DNA of 59,628 nt, counting the filler. It is 6 parts of 6 records of this genome, joined end to end, with 100 filler letters (N's around TTAATTAATTAA, not from the genome) between each part and the next. Parts side by side here need not be neighbours in the genome. Positions count along the whole stretch, not along the records: positions 19,085 to 39,492 come from SRR2962707_2730; 5 more parts are not named here. The stretch is one strand, 5' to 3'. Position 1 is the first letter of the stretch. Each line of letters opens with the position of its first letter. The position numbers and the translations under genes are program-made. Below the pieces are notes generated by a model. The model did no database searches. It had not been told where the DNA came from and worked only from the letters and a program-made list of their open reading frames with translations. Shown here in pieces: positions 20,759 through 30,037 of this stretch.

Positions 20759-21616
20759 TCAACGCGGCCGGTCTCCGATGATCGTCACTCGTTCCATCTT
20801 GCGTACAGCCGGCCAGTAATCCGAGGCGGCATAATGCTGACACGCGCGGTTGTCCCAGAAGGCAATCGAGTTCTTCTGCCAGCGGAAGCGGCACTGATAT
20901 TCGGGAACCGCTGCCTGCGCGTAGAGATGCGCGAGCAAGGCGTCGGACTCGGCCTTTTCCATGCCGACAATGTGCTGCGTAAAAGCAGCGTTCACATAAA
21001 TGCCCTTGCGGCCGGTTTCCGGATGGGTGCGCACCACGGGATGCTCAACCATCGGATATTTCTGGTTCATCTCCTCGATTTCTTCCGCCGACTTTCCGAG
21101 CTTCGCCATCATCACGCGGAAATGCGCGAAATCGTGGATCGCCATTGCGCCATCGACCTTTTTCTTTACATCGTCGGAAAGACCATCATAGGCGGCATAC
21201 ATATCCGAGAAGAGCGTGTCGCCGCCGACATCGGGCACCTCGACAGCGCGGAGCACAGAACCCAGAGACGGGCATTCGCGCCAGGTCACATCGCTATGCC
21301 AGAGGTTCTCCTTGCCCGGCCGTTCGCGGTTGTGCGTGATCGCGAGCACTTCGGGATAACCCTCCTTGTGCGGCGCGAAGGGGTGCACTTCGAGTTCGCC
21401 GAACTGGCGCGCGAAATCGAGATGTTCCTCGGTCGTGATGTCCTGATCCCTGAAGAAGATGACCTTCCACTGCAGCAAGGCGTCGCGCAGAGAGGCGAGC
21501 ATGTCATCGTTCATCGGCTTCGACAGATCAATGTCATGAATCTCGGCACCGATGGCCGGGGTCAGGGGCAATATCGAAAACAGCGCCGTTTGCGGCGCAA
21601 CTGCGGCTTGGCTCAT
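20759..21616 (-). CDS. TauD/TfdA family 2-oxoglutarate dioxygenase
   Basis: WHSD, GGDTLF, HPVVRTHPETGRK, WDNRACQH; GGAGGA RBS. Confidence 0.93.
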   Translation of the reverse strand: MSQAAVAPQTALFSILPLTPAIGAEIHDIDLSKPMNDDMLASLRDALLQWKVIFFRDQDITTEEHLDFARQFGELEVHPFAPHKEGYPEVLAITHNRERPGKENLWHSDVTWRECPSLGSVLRAVEVPDVGGDTLFSDMYAAYDGLSDDVKKKVDGAMAIHDFAHFRVMMAKLGKSAEEIEEMNQKYPMVEHPVVRTHPETGRKGIYVNAAFTQHIVGMEKAESDALLAHLYAQAAVPEYQCRFRWQKNSIAFWDNRACQHYAASDYWPAVRKMERVTIIGDRPR

Positions 21617-21701
21617 GGGTTGTCCTCCTCCGGGGTTCCTCCGATCCGGTGAGCGGAAGTCTAGTGCCGCGTCACGCGCCGCCGCTCCCTGGAAATTTGG
21701 C

Positions 21702-21720
21702 AATTCCGCTTCGCGGAATT
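21702..21720. promoter_or_regulatory. Probable IclR operator palindrome
   Basis: AATTCCGC-TTC-GCGGAATT perfect inverted repeat between divergent tauD and iclR; related copies at ~21644-21658 and ~21724-21738. Confidence 0.7.
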
Positions 21721-21749
21721 AGACTGCGCTTCGCGGAGGAGGAGGTTCC

Positions 21750-22541
21750 ATGCCGCACTCATCGGCGGAGACGGAAGGCGTGCAGCCCGTTCTCCGAAGC
21801 CTGAAGCTGCTCGAAGCGCTGAATGCCGCCGGAACGGCGACGTTGGCGCATCTGCATGCGGATACGGACCTGCCGAAACCCACACTTGTCCGCTTGCTCG
21901 ACACGATGATTTCCGCCGGCTATGTGCGGCGGCTTTCGCGGACCACCGGCTACAGCCTCACGGAGCGGGTCCTCCGGCTCTCCAGTGGTTTCCGGCATAC
22001 CGATCTCGTGGTGGAGGCATCCCGGCCATTCCTTTCCGGGCTGACCGCCGAACACAAATGGCCGGTCGCGCTGGCGACACTCGATCACGAGGCGATGCTG
22101 GTGCGCAGCTCAACGCGCCACGAGAGCCCCTTCAGCACCGATCCCGACTGGCTGAACCGCCGCCTCGCCATGCTGGTGTCGGCGCTGGGGCGCGCTTACC
22201 TCGCCTTCTGCCCCGAAGAGGAGCGGCGTCTTATCCTTGCCGTCCTCCGCAATTCGAAAGCGGCGATGAACGCACAGGCGCGCGACGAGAAATATGTGTC
22301 CTCGATGCTTGCAGCCATCCGCAAGCGCGGTTACGCGACGACGGCGCCGATGCGCGGCGAGCCGGCAATGGGCCTCGCTGTCCCGGTTATGGATGGCGAG
22401 CAGGTCGCCGCGTGCATTACCATGCGTTACCTCGGCTCGACCATGAACGAAGCGGAGGCGGCCAAGCGCTATCTCGAACCCATGCAGCGCGCGGCGAGCG
22501 GTATCGCGGCCGCGCATACACGTCTTGTCAGCGCCGCGTGA
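21750..22541 (+). CDS. IclR family regulator (MhpR-like)
   Basis: N-terminal HTH LPKPTLVRLLDTM; SALGRAYLAF; IRKRGYA. Confidence 0.9.
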   Translation: MPHSSAETEGVQPVLRSLKLLEALNAAGTATLAHLHADTDLPKPTLVRLLDTMISAGYVRRLSRTTGYSLTERVLRLSSGFRHTDLVVEASRPFLSGLTAEHKWPVALATLDHEAMLVRSSTRHESPFSTDPDWLNRRLAMLVSALGRAYLAFCPEEERRLILAVLRNSKAAMNAQARDEKYVSSMLAAIRKRGYATTAPMRGEPAMGLAVPVMDGEQVAACITMRYLGSTMNEAEAAKRYLEPMQRAASGIAAAHTRLVSAA

Positions 22542-24498
22542 TCATCACGCCCACCTTGGCCGAACCGATGGCATGAACGCGCAGGCTCTGGTTTTCATCG
22601 TCGCGCGTCGCCTCTCCGCCCTCGACTTCAACGTCATAGCCGTTCGGATATTGCAGTTTCGGCACGAAGATTTCGGTATCGCCTGTTCCTTCCGCCTCGT
22701 AGATGAAACGGAATGCGCCGGTCTCGCGCTTGAATTTCATCTTCAGCGGCCGGCCGGCAACGGTGCGGGCGTAGGGGCGCACGAAGCCCTTCAAGCCGCG
22801 CCCGCCGCTGTTCAGGTCCGACGGATCGGTGCGCTGATCGACGCTGTAGGTCGAGAGGTCTTCCTGGTTCCAGCCGTCGCCCACCGCCTGATCGTTGCGG
22901 TTTGACGCCGTGTAGTTCCACTGCGTCGAATTCATCAGCAACTGGTCGAGCGCATTGTACATGAGGTCAAGCGCGATGACGTGCTTCTCCCACGGGCCCT
23001 CCGAGCGGTCGCCCGCGTCCCAGGCCTTGTAGGCGGCGGCCTCGTCGAGGTCGTAGGGGATGCCGAATTCTCCAAGAAGGGCCGGCGCACCGGTGCCGCC
23101 GTTCAGCGTCTTCGATGCATCCTTCAGGCGTCCGAGCTGGCGCGTATACGACGCCTCGATCGCTTCCGCGCCTTCGATGGTGCGGCCTGTATAGGGATTG
23201 ATCTTCACCGGAAAGTCGAAACGCTTCGTCGACAGCGTCACGATGTCGTACCAGTGGCTTGCATTCACCGTGCGCTCGGGCGTGTCCGGCGGAAAGCCGT
23301 GGCCGAGCCCCGCACCGGGGTCCAGCTCCGCAAACAGCAGCCAGTCCTTGTTGATCGCGCGCATTCGCTCGGCGACGCGCGCGAAGAAGGGGCCCATGAA
23401 ATCCTTTTCCATCTCGAATTTGCGGCCGTCACGCGCGACAAAGAAGTCCTCGTTCAACGCCTCGATCCCGCCGCCCGCGAGGCGATAGGCGCCTGCCCGC
23501 TCGAAGGGACACCTCGCGCCGTCCTTCCAGATGGAAACGCCTTCGGCATTCACGAGCACGTCGCGCTTCTTCACGACCGCGCGCTGCTCCCAGTCGATCC
23601 CCATTTCCGGGAGTTCGCGCGCGAGACCCCGCGCCGCTGCGAAGCCGTCGAGCACCGACCAGGCGAGACCCGGCCGCGCGGGGAACGGGTTCTGCTCGCT
23701 CGGTCCCGTGTGGCGATAGCTCAGCGGCAGGCCGACATAGCCGGAACCCGGCTCGTTCAGCGAGTCGAAGCCGATGACGTTGGGCAAATCCTTCACCCGT
23801 TCGGCGACAGCTTCCATCGCGCCGAAATAATGTTCCTGCAGGAAGTCCTGCGCGGGCCGCCCTTGCACCAGAAACTCCGGGCAGTAGGTGTTGCCCGCGA
23901 AGAAGAGCGTCCACATGATCGCATTGGCCGGATATTTGTAGTTCTGCGACCAGGTCATGGTCGGGTAGTTGTCTTCCTGCCGCCCGCCGCGCGCGAAATC
24001 GTACTTGTACTGCATGACGTGCGTCGCGCCCGCCGCATGGAACTTCGTGAAGTCGAGGCCGACCGCATCGAAAAGCCAGCCCGGCGCGCCGTCGCCGCCC
24101 GTCATGCGGCTCCAGACGTCCTGGTGGAAATCCACGAAGACATACATGCCGTAACCATCCGCGATGCGGCAGAGTTCGGCGAAATAATCGAGATAGGCCT
24201 CGTCGTAACGATAGGGGCCTTCATGTTCGACCGCTTCCCATGTCGTCAGCAGCCGCAGACAATTGAAGCCCCAGTTTTTCAGCCTGCCGAAATGCTCGCT
24301 GGCCTCCGCGAGCGGAAACGGGCGGCCGACGAAGGAAACCGTGCGGTGGTCCGAGAAGTCTGTGGCGAGGTTGGTGTGCCCGTTCGGCGTGAAGGGCACC
24401 TTGCAGTCGCCGCCGAGATTGACGCCCCGCAGGATATGCCTGCGGCCATCGGTATCCTTGAACCATTCCCCGTCGATCTCGATCCTCGGCAACGCCAT
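22528..24498 (-). CDS. Glycoside hydrolase family 5, endoglycoceramidase/steryl-glucosidase-like
   Basis: LRGVNLGG, WEAVEH, HQDVWSR..GGDGAPGW, acid/base NEP, nucleophile GEFGIP, C-terminal RPY beta domain. Confidence 0.85.
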   Translation of the reverse strand: MALPRIEIDGEWFKDTDGRRHILRGVNLGGDCKVPFTPNGHTNLATDFSDHRTVSFVGRPFPLAEASEHFGRLKNWGFNCLRLLTTWEAVEHEGPYRYDEAYLDYFAELCRIADGYGMYVFVDFHQDVWSRMTGGDGAPGWLFDAVGLDFTKFHAAGATHVMQYKYDFARGGRQEDNYPTMTWSQNYKYPANAIMWTLFFAGNTYCPEFLVQGRPAQDFLQEHYFGAMEAVAERVKDLPNVIGFDSLNEPGSGYVGLPLSYRHTGPSEQNPFPARPGLAWSVLDGFAAARGLARELPEMGIDWEQRAVVKKRDVLVNAEGVSIWKDGARCPFERAGAYRLAGGGIEALNEDFFVARDGRKFEMEKDFMGPFFARVAERMRAINKDWLLFAELDPGAGLGHGFPPDTPERTVNASHWYDIVTLSTKRFDFPVKINPYTGRTIEGAEAIEASYTRQLGRLKDASKTLNGGTGAPALLGEFGIPYDLDEAAAYKAWDAGDRSEGPWEKHVIALDLMYNALDQLLMNSTQWNYTASNRNDQAVGDGWNQEDLSTYSVDQRTDPSDLNSGGRGLKGFVRPYARTVAGRPLKMKFKRETGAFRFIYEAEGTGDTEIFVPKLQYPNGYDVEVEGGEATRDDENQSLRVHAIGSAKVGVMITRR

Positions 24499-24634
24499 CT
24501 CGTCCTCCCCTCGTTCTTGTTGCCATCGAGGATAACGATCCTGCCCCCCGCGCAACAGCCGCGAAGCGCATTATTTGCATCTCCCGCGGCGAGGAGGCAC
24601 GATCTGCGGGACCGGAATGTGGGAGTAAAGAGCC

Positions 24635-25690
24635 TTGAACGCACCGTCCAGAGACAGCCTTCCGCCCCTGCCAGCGCAGCCCGACGGGGTGGCGTGGCCG
24701 ACGCAAGAATGGCCACTCGGCGCGTTGCCCGACACCGCCGACAAGGCACGGTTCGCGAAGCTGATGGACCATGCTTTCGCCGCCGAAGCGCCCGCCGATC
24801 TCGGGGAGACGCATGCGGTCGTGGTCATCAAGGACGGCAAGCTGGTTCACGAGCAATACTGGACGGGCTTCGGGCCGGACGTCACCTGCCCTTCCTGGTC
24901 GAAGGGGAAGAGCATCACGCATGCGCTGATCGGCATTCTGGCCGCGGACAGCAAGATCGACATTCATGCGCCTGCCGACGTGCCCGAATGGGCCGACGCA
25001 AACGATCCGCGCCATGCGATCACGCTCGATCTTCTTCTCCGCATGTCGAGCGGCCTCGCCTTCCGCGAGGACTACGTACCGGAACATCCTTCCGATGTGA
25101 TCGAGATGCTCTGGGGTGCGGGAAAGGACGATACGGCGCATTTCGCCGCCTCCTTCCCGCTTGAGCATGAGCCCGGCAGCTACTGGTCCTATGCGAGCGG
25201 CACCACCAACATCGTGAGCCGGGCAGCCGCGCGGGCAGCCAACGCCTTCGGCCCCGATTTCGAAGCCTTCATGCGCGAGCGTCTTTTCGACCGCATCGGC
25301 ATGAAGAGCGCCATGCCGAAATTCGACGCCGCAGGAACCTTTATCGGTTCGTCCTTCTGCTTCTGCACGCCGCGCGATTTCGCGCGCTTCGGGCTTCTCT
25401 ATCTCCGCAACGGCGTGTGGGACGGCAAACGCATCCTGCCCGAGGGCTGGGTCGACTACGCCCGCACGCCGACATGGCAGCAGGCGGACGCGGAAGACCT
25501 CTATGGCGCGCATTGGTGGCTCGGCATTGCCGGGCCCGGGAGCTTCTCCGCCAACGGCTTCGAGGGGCAATATACCGTCGTTGTGCCGGAACTCGACATG
25601 GTGGTCGTCCGCCACGGCAAGACCTCGCTCGAAGCGAAGCTCAATCCCAAAGCGTGGATCGCGGAAATCGTGGACTGCTTCAGGTCCTGA
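24635..25690 (+). CDS. Serine hydrolase (beta-lactamase fold)
   Basis: SWSKGKS (SxxK), LLRMSSGL, RDFARFGLLYL, GFEGQ; TTG start uncertain. Confidence 0.85.
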   Translation: MNAPSRDSLPPLPAQPDGVAWPTQEWPLGALPDTADKARFAKLMDHAFAAEAPADLGETHAVVVIKDGKLVHEQYWTGFGPDVTCPSWSKGKSITHALIGILAADSKIDIHAPADVPEWADANDPRHAITLDLLLRMSSGLAFREDYVPEHPSDVIEMLWGAGKDDTAHFAASFPLEHEPGSYWSYASGTTNIVSRAAARAANAFGPDFEAFMRERLFDRIGMKSAMPKFDAAGTFIGSSFCFCTPRDFARFGLLYLRNGVWDGKRILPEGWVDYARTPTWQQADAEDLYGAHWWLGIAGPGSFSANGFEGQYTVVVPELDMVVVRHGKTSLEAKLNPKAWIAEIVDCFRS

Positions 25691-26078
25691 AGCGGAGACT
25701 CCAGCCGCACAGTCCAGCCGTCAAAACACCGGGCAGGATAACGCCTGCCCAGTCGGTTGCCGTGCCGCCCGGTGCCGCGGCGCAGCCTTCCGCTATTTCG
25801 ACGAGGTGAAGGATGCCATGACCGGCCATGAAAATGGTGGCAACCAGCAAGGCTCCGGTTGCGGCTGACGGTCGCCAGAGCGCCAGCGCAAGCCCCGCTG
25901 CCGAGGCGAGATAGGCCGTACCGACGTCGCGGATCAGGTGGCCGTTGGCCGCCCCGGTGACGGCGAGGTCGGGGATCGAAGCGAACCAGCCGATCGGGTC
26001 CAGCACCATGCGACCGCCGTTCAGCATCGCAAGAACGGCCAGAACCCCGCAGATTGCTCGAAAAACAATCAATTCCAT
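25680..26078 (-). CDS. Small four-TM membrane protein of unknown function
   Basis: Hydrophobic segments with NGHLIRDVG motif. Confidence 0.65.
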   Translation of the reverse strand: MELIVFRAICGVLAVLAMLNGGRMVLDPIGWFASIPDLAVTGAANGHLIRDVGTAYLASAAGLALALWRPSAATGALLVATIFMAGHGILHLVEIAEGCAAAPGGTATDWAGVILPGVLTAGLCGWSLRFRT

Positions 26079-26191
26079 GGTCCGGAGACTATGGTGGCCC
26101 CCTCGGCACGGACAGAACCGCTCGCCGCGATTTACCGGAGCCAATTTCCGTTCGCTCTCGTGTAGACTGCGCACCGCGAACAACAAGGGGC

Positions 26192-26494
26192 GTGGCATTG
26201 GGAAGCGTTGTCCGTTTTCCGGGCGATCTCATCACCGAACATGACCGGCGGCGGCTCGCTTCCGCCGCCGATGGCTCGCCTTTCGACCTCGAGTTTCGCA
26301 AGAACGAGCAAGGCGTCCTCGCCCCCTACCTTACGCGCTGCGGGCATCTGCGCCCGAGCTACAGGCTGCGGAAGACGGCGGAAGGCTGGGAAGCAATTGT
26401 GCTCGGAAGCGACGATGCGGGCGCCATCGCGGCGCGGGCGCGCAACACCGATGACCTTTTCCGCGCGCTCACGGCGACGCCGGACCGAAACTGA
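26192..26494 (+). CDS. Hypothetical protein (~100 aa)
   Basis: GTG start after AAGGGG; fills the gap before the next gene; no recognisable family. Confidence 0.5.
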   Translation: MALGSVVRFPGDLITEHDRRRLASAADGSPFDLEFRKNEQGVLAPYLTRCGHLRPSYRLRKTAEGWEAIVLGSDDAGAIAARARNTDDLFRALTATPDRN

Positions 26495-26530
26495 ACACAG
26501 ACAAAGAAACAAACTGCGGGAGGAAACCGG

Positions 26531-27772
26531 ATGAACATCATGCCTCGTATCACAAAGCCCGAGGATGTCGGCCTCGACCCGGCGCGGCTATCCGCCATTC
26601 CGGAATATTTCCGATCCTATGTCGACCGCGGCAAGATTGCGGGCTTCTCGACGCTCATTTCGCGCCATGGCGAGATCGCGCATTTCGAGGTGGCCGGTCA
26701 ACGCGACCGTGAGCGCGGCTTGCCGATGGAAAAAGACACGATCTTCCGCATCTATTCGATGACGAAGCCGATCACGAGCCTTGCGCTGATGATGCTCCAC
26801 GAGGAAGGCCATTTTCAGCTGAGCCATCCTGTTTCGCGGTATATCCCCGCCTTCAAGAAGCTGCAGGTCTGGGCGGGCGGTACGGCGGAGAAATACGAGA
26901 CGAAGCCCTGCGAGCGGGAAATGACGATCCGCGATCTGCTGACGCATACATCCGGTCTCACCTACGGCTTCATGCAGGAGCATCCCGTCGACGAGCTCTA
27001 CCGCAAGGCGGGCATCGAAGGCGCGAACACGGTCCAATTGACGCTGAAGGAAACGGTCGAGGCTCTGGCCGACATTCCGCTGCTCTTCTCGCCCGGACAG
27101 CATTGGAACTATTCGGTATCGACCGATGTTTGCGGTCATCTTGTCGAAATCCTGTCGGGCCGTCCGCTCGATGAATTCCTGGCGTCGCGCATCTTCGCGC
27201 CGCTCGGCATGAACGACACATCCTTCTTCGTACCGAAGGACAAGCTCGACCGCTTCGCGACCAACTATTTCCGCAATCCGCAGACGAAGAAGTCCGGCAT
27301 CATGGATGTGGGCGACGAAACCAGCACCTATGCGCAACCGCCGCGCTTCCTGTCCGGCGGCGGCGGACTGACCTCCACGATGATGGACTATTGGCGTTTC
27401 TGCCAGATGCTGCTCAATGGCGGCGAACTCGAAGGCGTGCGCCTCTGCTCGCCGAAGACCATCGAATTCATGACGCTCAACCATCTGCCCGGCGGGCAGA
27501 CCATGAAGAAGATGTCGTGCTCCGCCTTCAGCGAACTCGCAGCCGAAAGCGCGGGCTTCGGTCTCGGCTTTCAGGTGCTGCTCGACCCGGCAGAGGCGCA
27601 GGCCATAGGCTCACCGGGAAACTTCTCCTGGGGCGGCGCGGCGTCGACCTATTTCTGGATCGACCCGGAAGAGGACATGGTCGCAATCTTCATGACGCAG
27701 CTCTATCCCTCCTCGACTTACCCGTTGCGCCCGCAATTGCAGCAGCTCGTCTACGGGGCGATCATCGAATAG
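26531..27772 (+). CDS. Serine hydrolase / family VIII esterase
   Basis: FRIYSMTKPI (SxxK), LLTHTSGLTY, WNYS, WGGAAST. Confidence 0.9.
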   Translation: MNIMPRITKPEDVGLDPARLSAIPEYFRSYVDRGKIAGFSTLISRHGEIAHFEVAGQRDRERGLPMEKDTIFRIYSMTKPITSLALMMLHEEGHFQLSHPVSRYIPAFKKLQVWAGGTAEKYETKPCEREMTIRDLLTHTSGLTYGFMQEHPVDELYRKAGIEGANTVQLTLKETVEALADIPLLFSPGQHWNYSVSTDVCGHLVEILSGRPLDEFLASRIFAPLGMNDTSFFVPKDKLDRFATNYFRNPQTKKSGIMDVGDETSTYAQPPRFLSGGGGLTSTMMDYWRFCQMLLNGGELEGVRLCSPKTIEFMTLNHLPGGQTMKKMSCSAFSELAAESAGFGLGFQVLLDPAEAQAIGSPGNFSWGGAASTYFWIDPEEDMVAIFMTQLYPSSTYPLRPQLQQLVYGAIIE

Positions 27773-27793
27773 GAAACGAGGCACCCGCCCATC

Positions 27794-28699
27794 ATGCCTC
27801 TCTGGATTCCGCTCACCATCGCGGCTGCCTTTCTGCAGAACGTGCGCTCTTCGCTACAGAAGAAGCTGACCGGCGAGATGTCGGCGCTCGGCGCCACTTA
27901 TGTCCGGTTCGCCTATGGTGTGCCGGTCGCCGCCGTCTATCTCGCGCTGCTCTTCGCGGTCACGGGCGCCGCCGTTCCCGATGCGCATCCGCTCTTTCTG
28001 CTCTACGCAGCGGTGGGCGGGCTCGCGCAAATTTGGGGAACGGTGCTGCTGGTCGCGCTCTTCGCGTATCGTAACTTCGCCGTCGGCACCACCTACTCCA
28101 AGACGGAGACGATCCAGACCGCCCTCTTCGGCATTATCGTGCTGGGCGATCATCTGAGCCTGGGCGCCTTTGCCGCGATCCTGATTTCTCTGGCCGGCGT
28201 TGTCGCAATCTCCATCGCGCAATCGCATCTGACGCTTGCCACCTTCTGGCGGTCACTCGGGGAACGGCCGACGCTGATGGGGATCGCTTCCGGTGCCTGC
28301 TACGGCGTCGCGGCGGTCTGCTACCGCGCTGCCTCTCTTTCACTGGAGCATCCCAACTTTCTGGTCTCGGCCGCCTATACGCTTCTCGTCGTCCTGCTCA
28401 TACAGACAGCATTGATGACGATCTGGCTGTGGCTGCGCCACCCGAAGGAACTCGCGGCATCCTTCCGCACATGGAGGATCAGCTCCCTTGTCGGGCTCGC
28501 GGGCGCCCTCGCCTCCATGGGGTGGTTCACCGCGATGACCATTCAGAACGCGGCCTATGTGCGGGCGCTCGGCCAGATCGAGCTTGTGTTTGCCTTTGCA
28601 TCTTCGCGCTTCTTGTTCCGCGAGAAGACAAACGCCCTTGAACTCGCGGGCATTGCGCTCGTTGTCGGCGGGATTTTGCTGCTGATCTTGTATCGCTAG
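27794..28699 (+). CDS. DMT/EamA family transporter
   Basis: About 10 hydrophobic segments; AYVRALGQIEL. Confidence 0.8.
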   Translation: MPLWIPLTIAAAFLQNVRSSLQKKLTGEMSALGATYVRFAYGVPVAAVYLALLFAVTGAAVPDAHPLFLLYAAVGGLAQIWGTVLLVALFAYRNFAVGTTYSKTETIQTALFGIIVLGDHLSLGAFAAILISLAGVVAISIAQSHLTLATFWRSLGERPTLMGIASGACYGVAAVCYRAASLSLEHPNFLVSAAYTLLVVLLIQTALMTIWLWLRHPKELAASFRTWRISSLVGLAGALASMGWFTAMTIQNAAYVRALGQIELVFAFASSRFLFREKTNALELAGIALVVGGILLLILYR

Positions 28700-28702
28700 G
28701 CG

Positions 28703-29047
28703 CACAAAAGCCCCCTCCCCGGGGCGCGACTCGGGCCGGCCCCGGGGGTGGCGGCTCGCGAAAATCTGTGCTGCCGCGGCGTTGGGGGGGGCAAGGGGTC
28801 GCCGGCAACTCTTCCGCATCCGCCGCGCTGGCATGCCAAGAGCACGCCGGCGGGTTCTTACAAGATGCCTTACCGGAGGACGAAGCGGGGGCGCTACATC
28901 TCTCCGGCAGAAAGCATCTGCCTCAGCCTGGAACAGCTATCGAGTTTGCCCGGACGGGGTTGGGGGGCTGTACTTCCGGACAAGCCCGACAAGAGGAGGA
29001 TAGTTCACACGGACGATCCATGAAAGAAGATTCGTCCGTAGACGCAC
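28703..29047 (-). ncRNA. Candidate structured small RNA (~345 nt) with C-rich loops
   Basis: At least five consecutive stems that pair better on the minus strand (G-U), an upstream TTGCGT-N18-CATAAG promoter-like element, and a terminal hairpin with a U-run; lies between convergent genes. Confidence 0.6.
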
Positions 29048-29104
29048 GATTCTACTTATGTCCCAGCGCGGGACAGAAACGCAACGCCGACCGGGTTCCA
29101 TTCT

Positions 29105-29974
29105 TTAATGAGGGGCATCACCCGCGACGGTCGTGCGGTGCATGACGCGCAAATGGCCGTCGTAGCCGCCATCCGCGAAATGCAGCGTGCAACGATTGTC
29201 CCACATGGTGAGCATGTCCGGCTTCCACTTGTGGCGGTATATGAGTTCATCACGTGTCATGTGATTGTAAAGAAAGCCGAGCAGCGCCGCGGATTCTTCC
29301 TGCGTCATGCCTTCGATACCGACGGTGTAGACGGGGCTCACATAAAGCGCCTTGCGGCCCGTTACCGGATGCGTGCGCACAAGCGGATGCGGGCAGGTTT
29401 TCTCTGCCTCTTCGCTGACGATGATCTTCATCGTCCGCTTTTCCGTCTCCTGCGCGAAGACGCCCTTCATACCGTAGGGCAGCGCCGCGCTGTGGATCGC
29501 GACAAGCCCTTCCAGCATGTCCTTCATTTTATTCGACAGCGTGTCGTAGGCACGCGTGCAATCCGCATAAAGCGTATCGCCGCCCACAGGCGGCACCACC
29601 TTGGAGTGAAGGATGGTCGCGGCGGGCGGCTCGTCCTGAAAGCTCCAGTCGGAATGCCAGCCCGCGCCGAAGTTACGCGCCTTTTCGTCGGGCTCGCGGC
29701 GAAGTTCGAGAATATGCGGCCGGTCTTCCATCGGCGCGATGAAGGGATCGTGACCGAACGGGCCGATCTGTTGCGTGAAGGCTTCGAGTTCGTCATGGTT
29801 GAGGGGCTGGTCCGGAAACCAGACGACCGCATGCGCGGCCCATGCCGCCTTCACTTCCGCCAGCACGTCCGGCGATAGCGGCTTCGACAGGTCGAGGCCC
29901 GCGATTGCGGCGCCGAAGCCGCTTTCATTGGGCGTGACGCGGATTGCACTTGTCTGTTTGGCTGTCTGAGACAT
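29105..29974 (-). CDS. TauD/TfdA family dioxygenase
   Basis: WHSDWSF, GGDTLY, HPLVRTHPVTGRKALY, WDNRCTLH. Confidence 0.93.
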   Translation of the reverse strand: MSQTAKQTSAIRVTPNESGFGAAIAGLDLSKPLSPDVLAEVKAAWAAHAVVWFPDQPLNHDELEAFTQQIGPFGHDPFIAPMEDRPHILELRREPDEKARNFGAGWHSDWSFQDEPPAATILHSKVVPPVGGDTLYADCTRAYDTLSNKMKDMLEGLVAIHSAALPYGMKGVFAQETEKRTMKIIVSEEAEKTCPHPLVRTHPVTGRKALYVSPVYTVGIEGMTQEESAALLGFLYNHMTRDELIYRHKWKPDMLTMWDNRCTLHFADGGYDGHLRVMHRTTVAGDAPH

Positions 29975-30037
29975 GTCTCTCTCCCCTGCCCTGTTACCGG
30001 ACGTTGGGGAGAGAGTGCCATATCGCGGGCGGCGGCT

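Noticed and set aside
22981-25164. 727-aa plus-strand ORF, and similar long antisense ORFs such as 33695..35080 and 37445..38557
   Set aside because: Shadow ORFs of high-GC genes with clear families on the opposite strand; no motifs
28768-29145. 125-aa plus-strand ORF in the DMT-tauD gap
   Set aside because: No RBS or family features, and it overlaps the tauD end; the region is better explained by RNA structure
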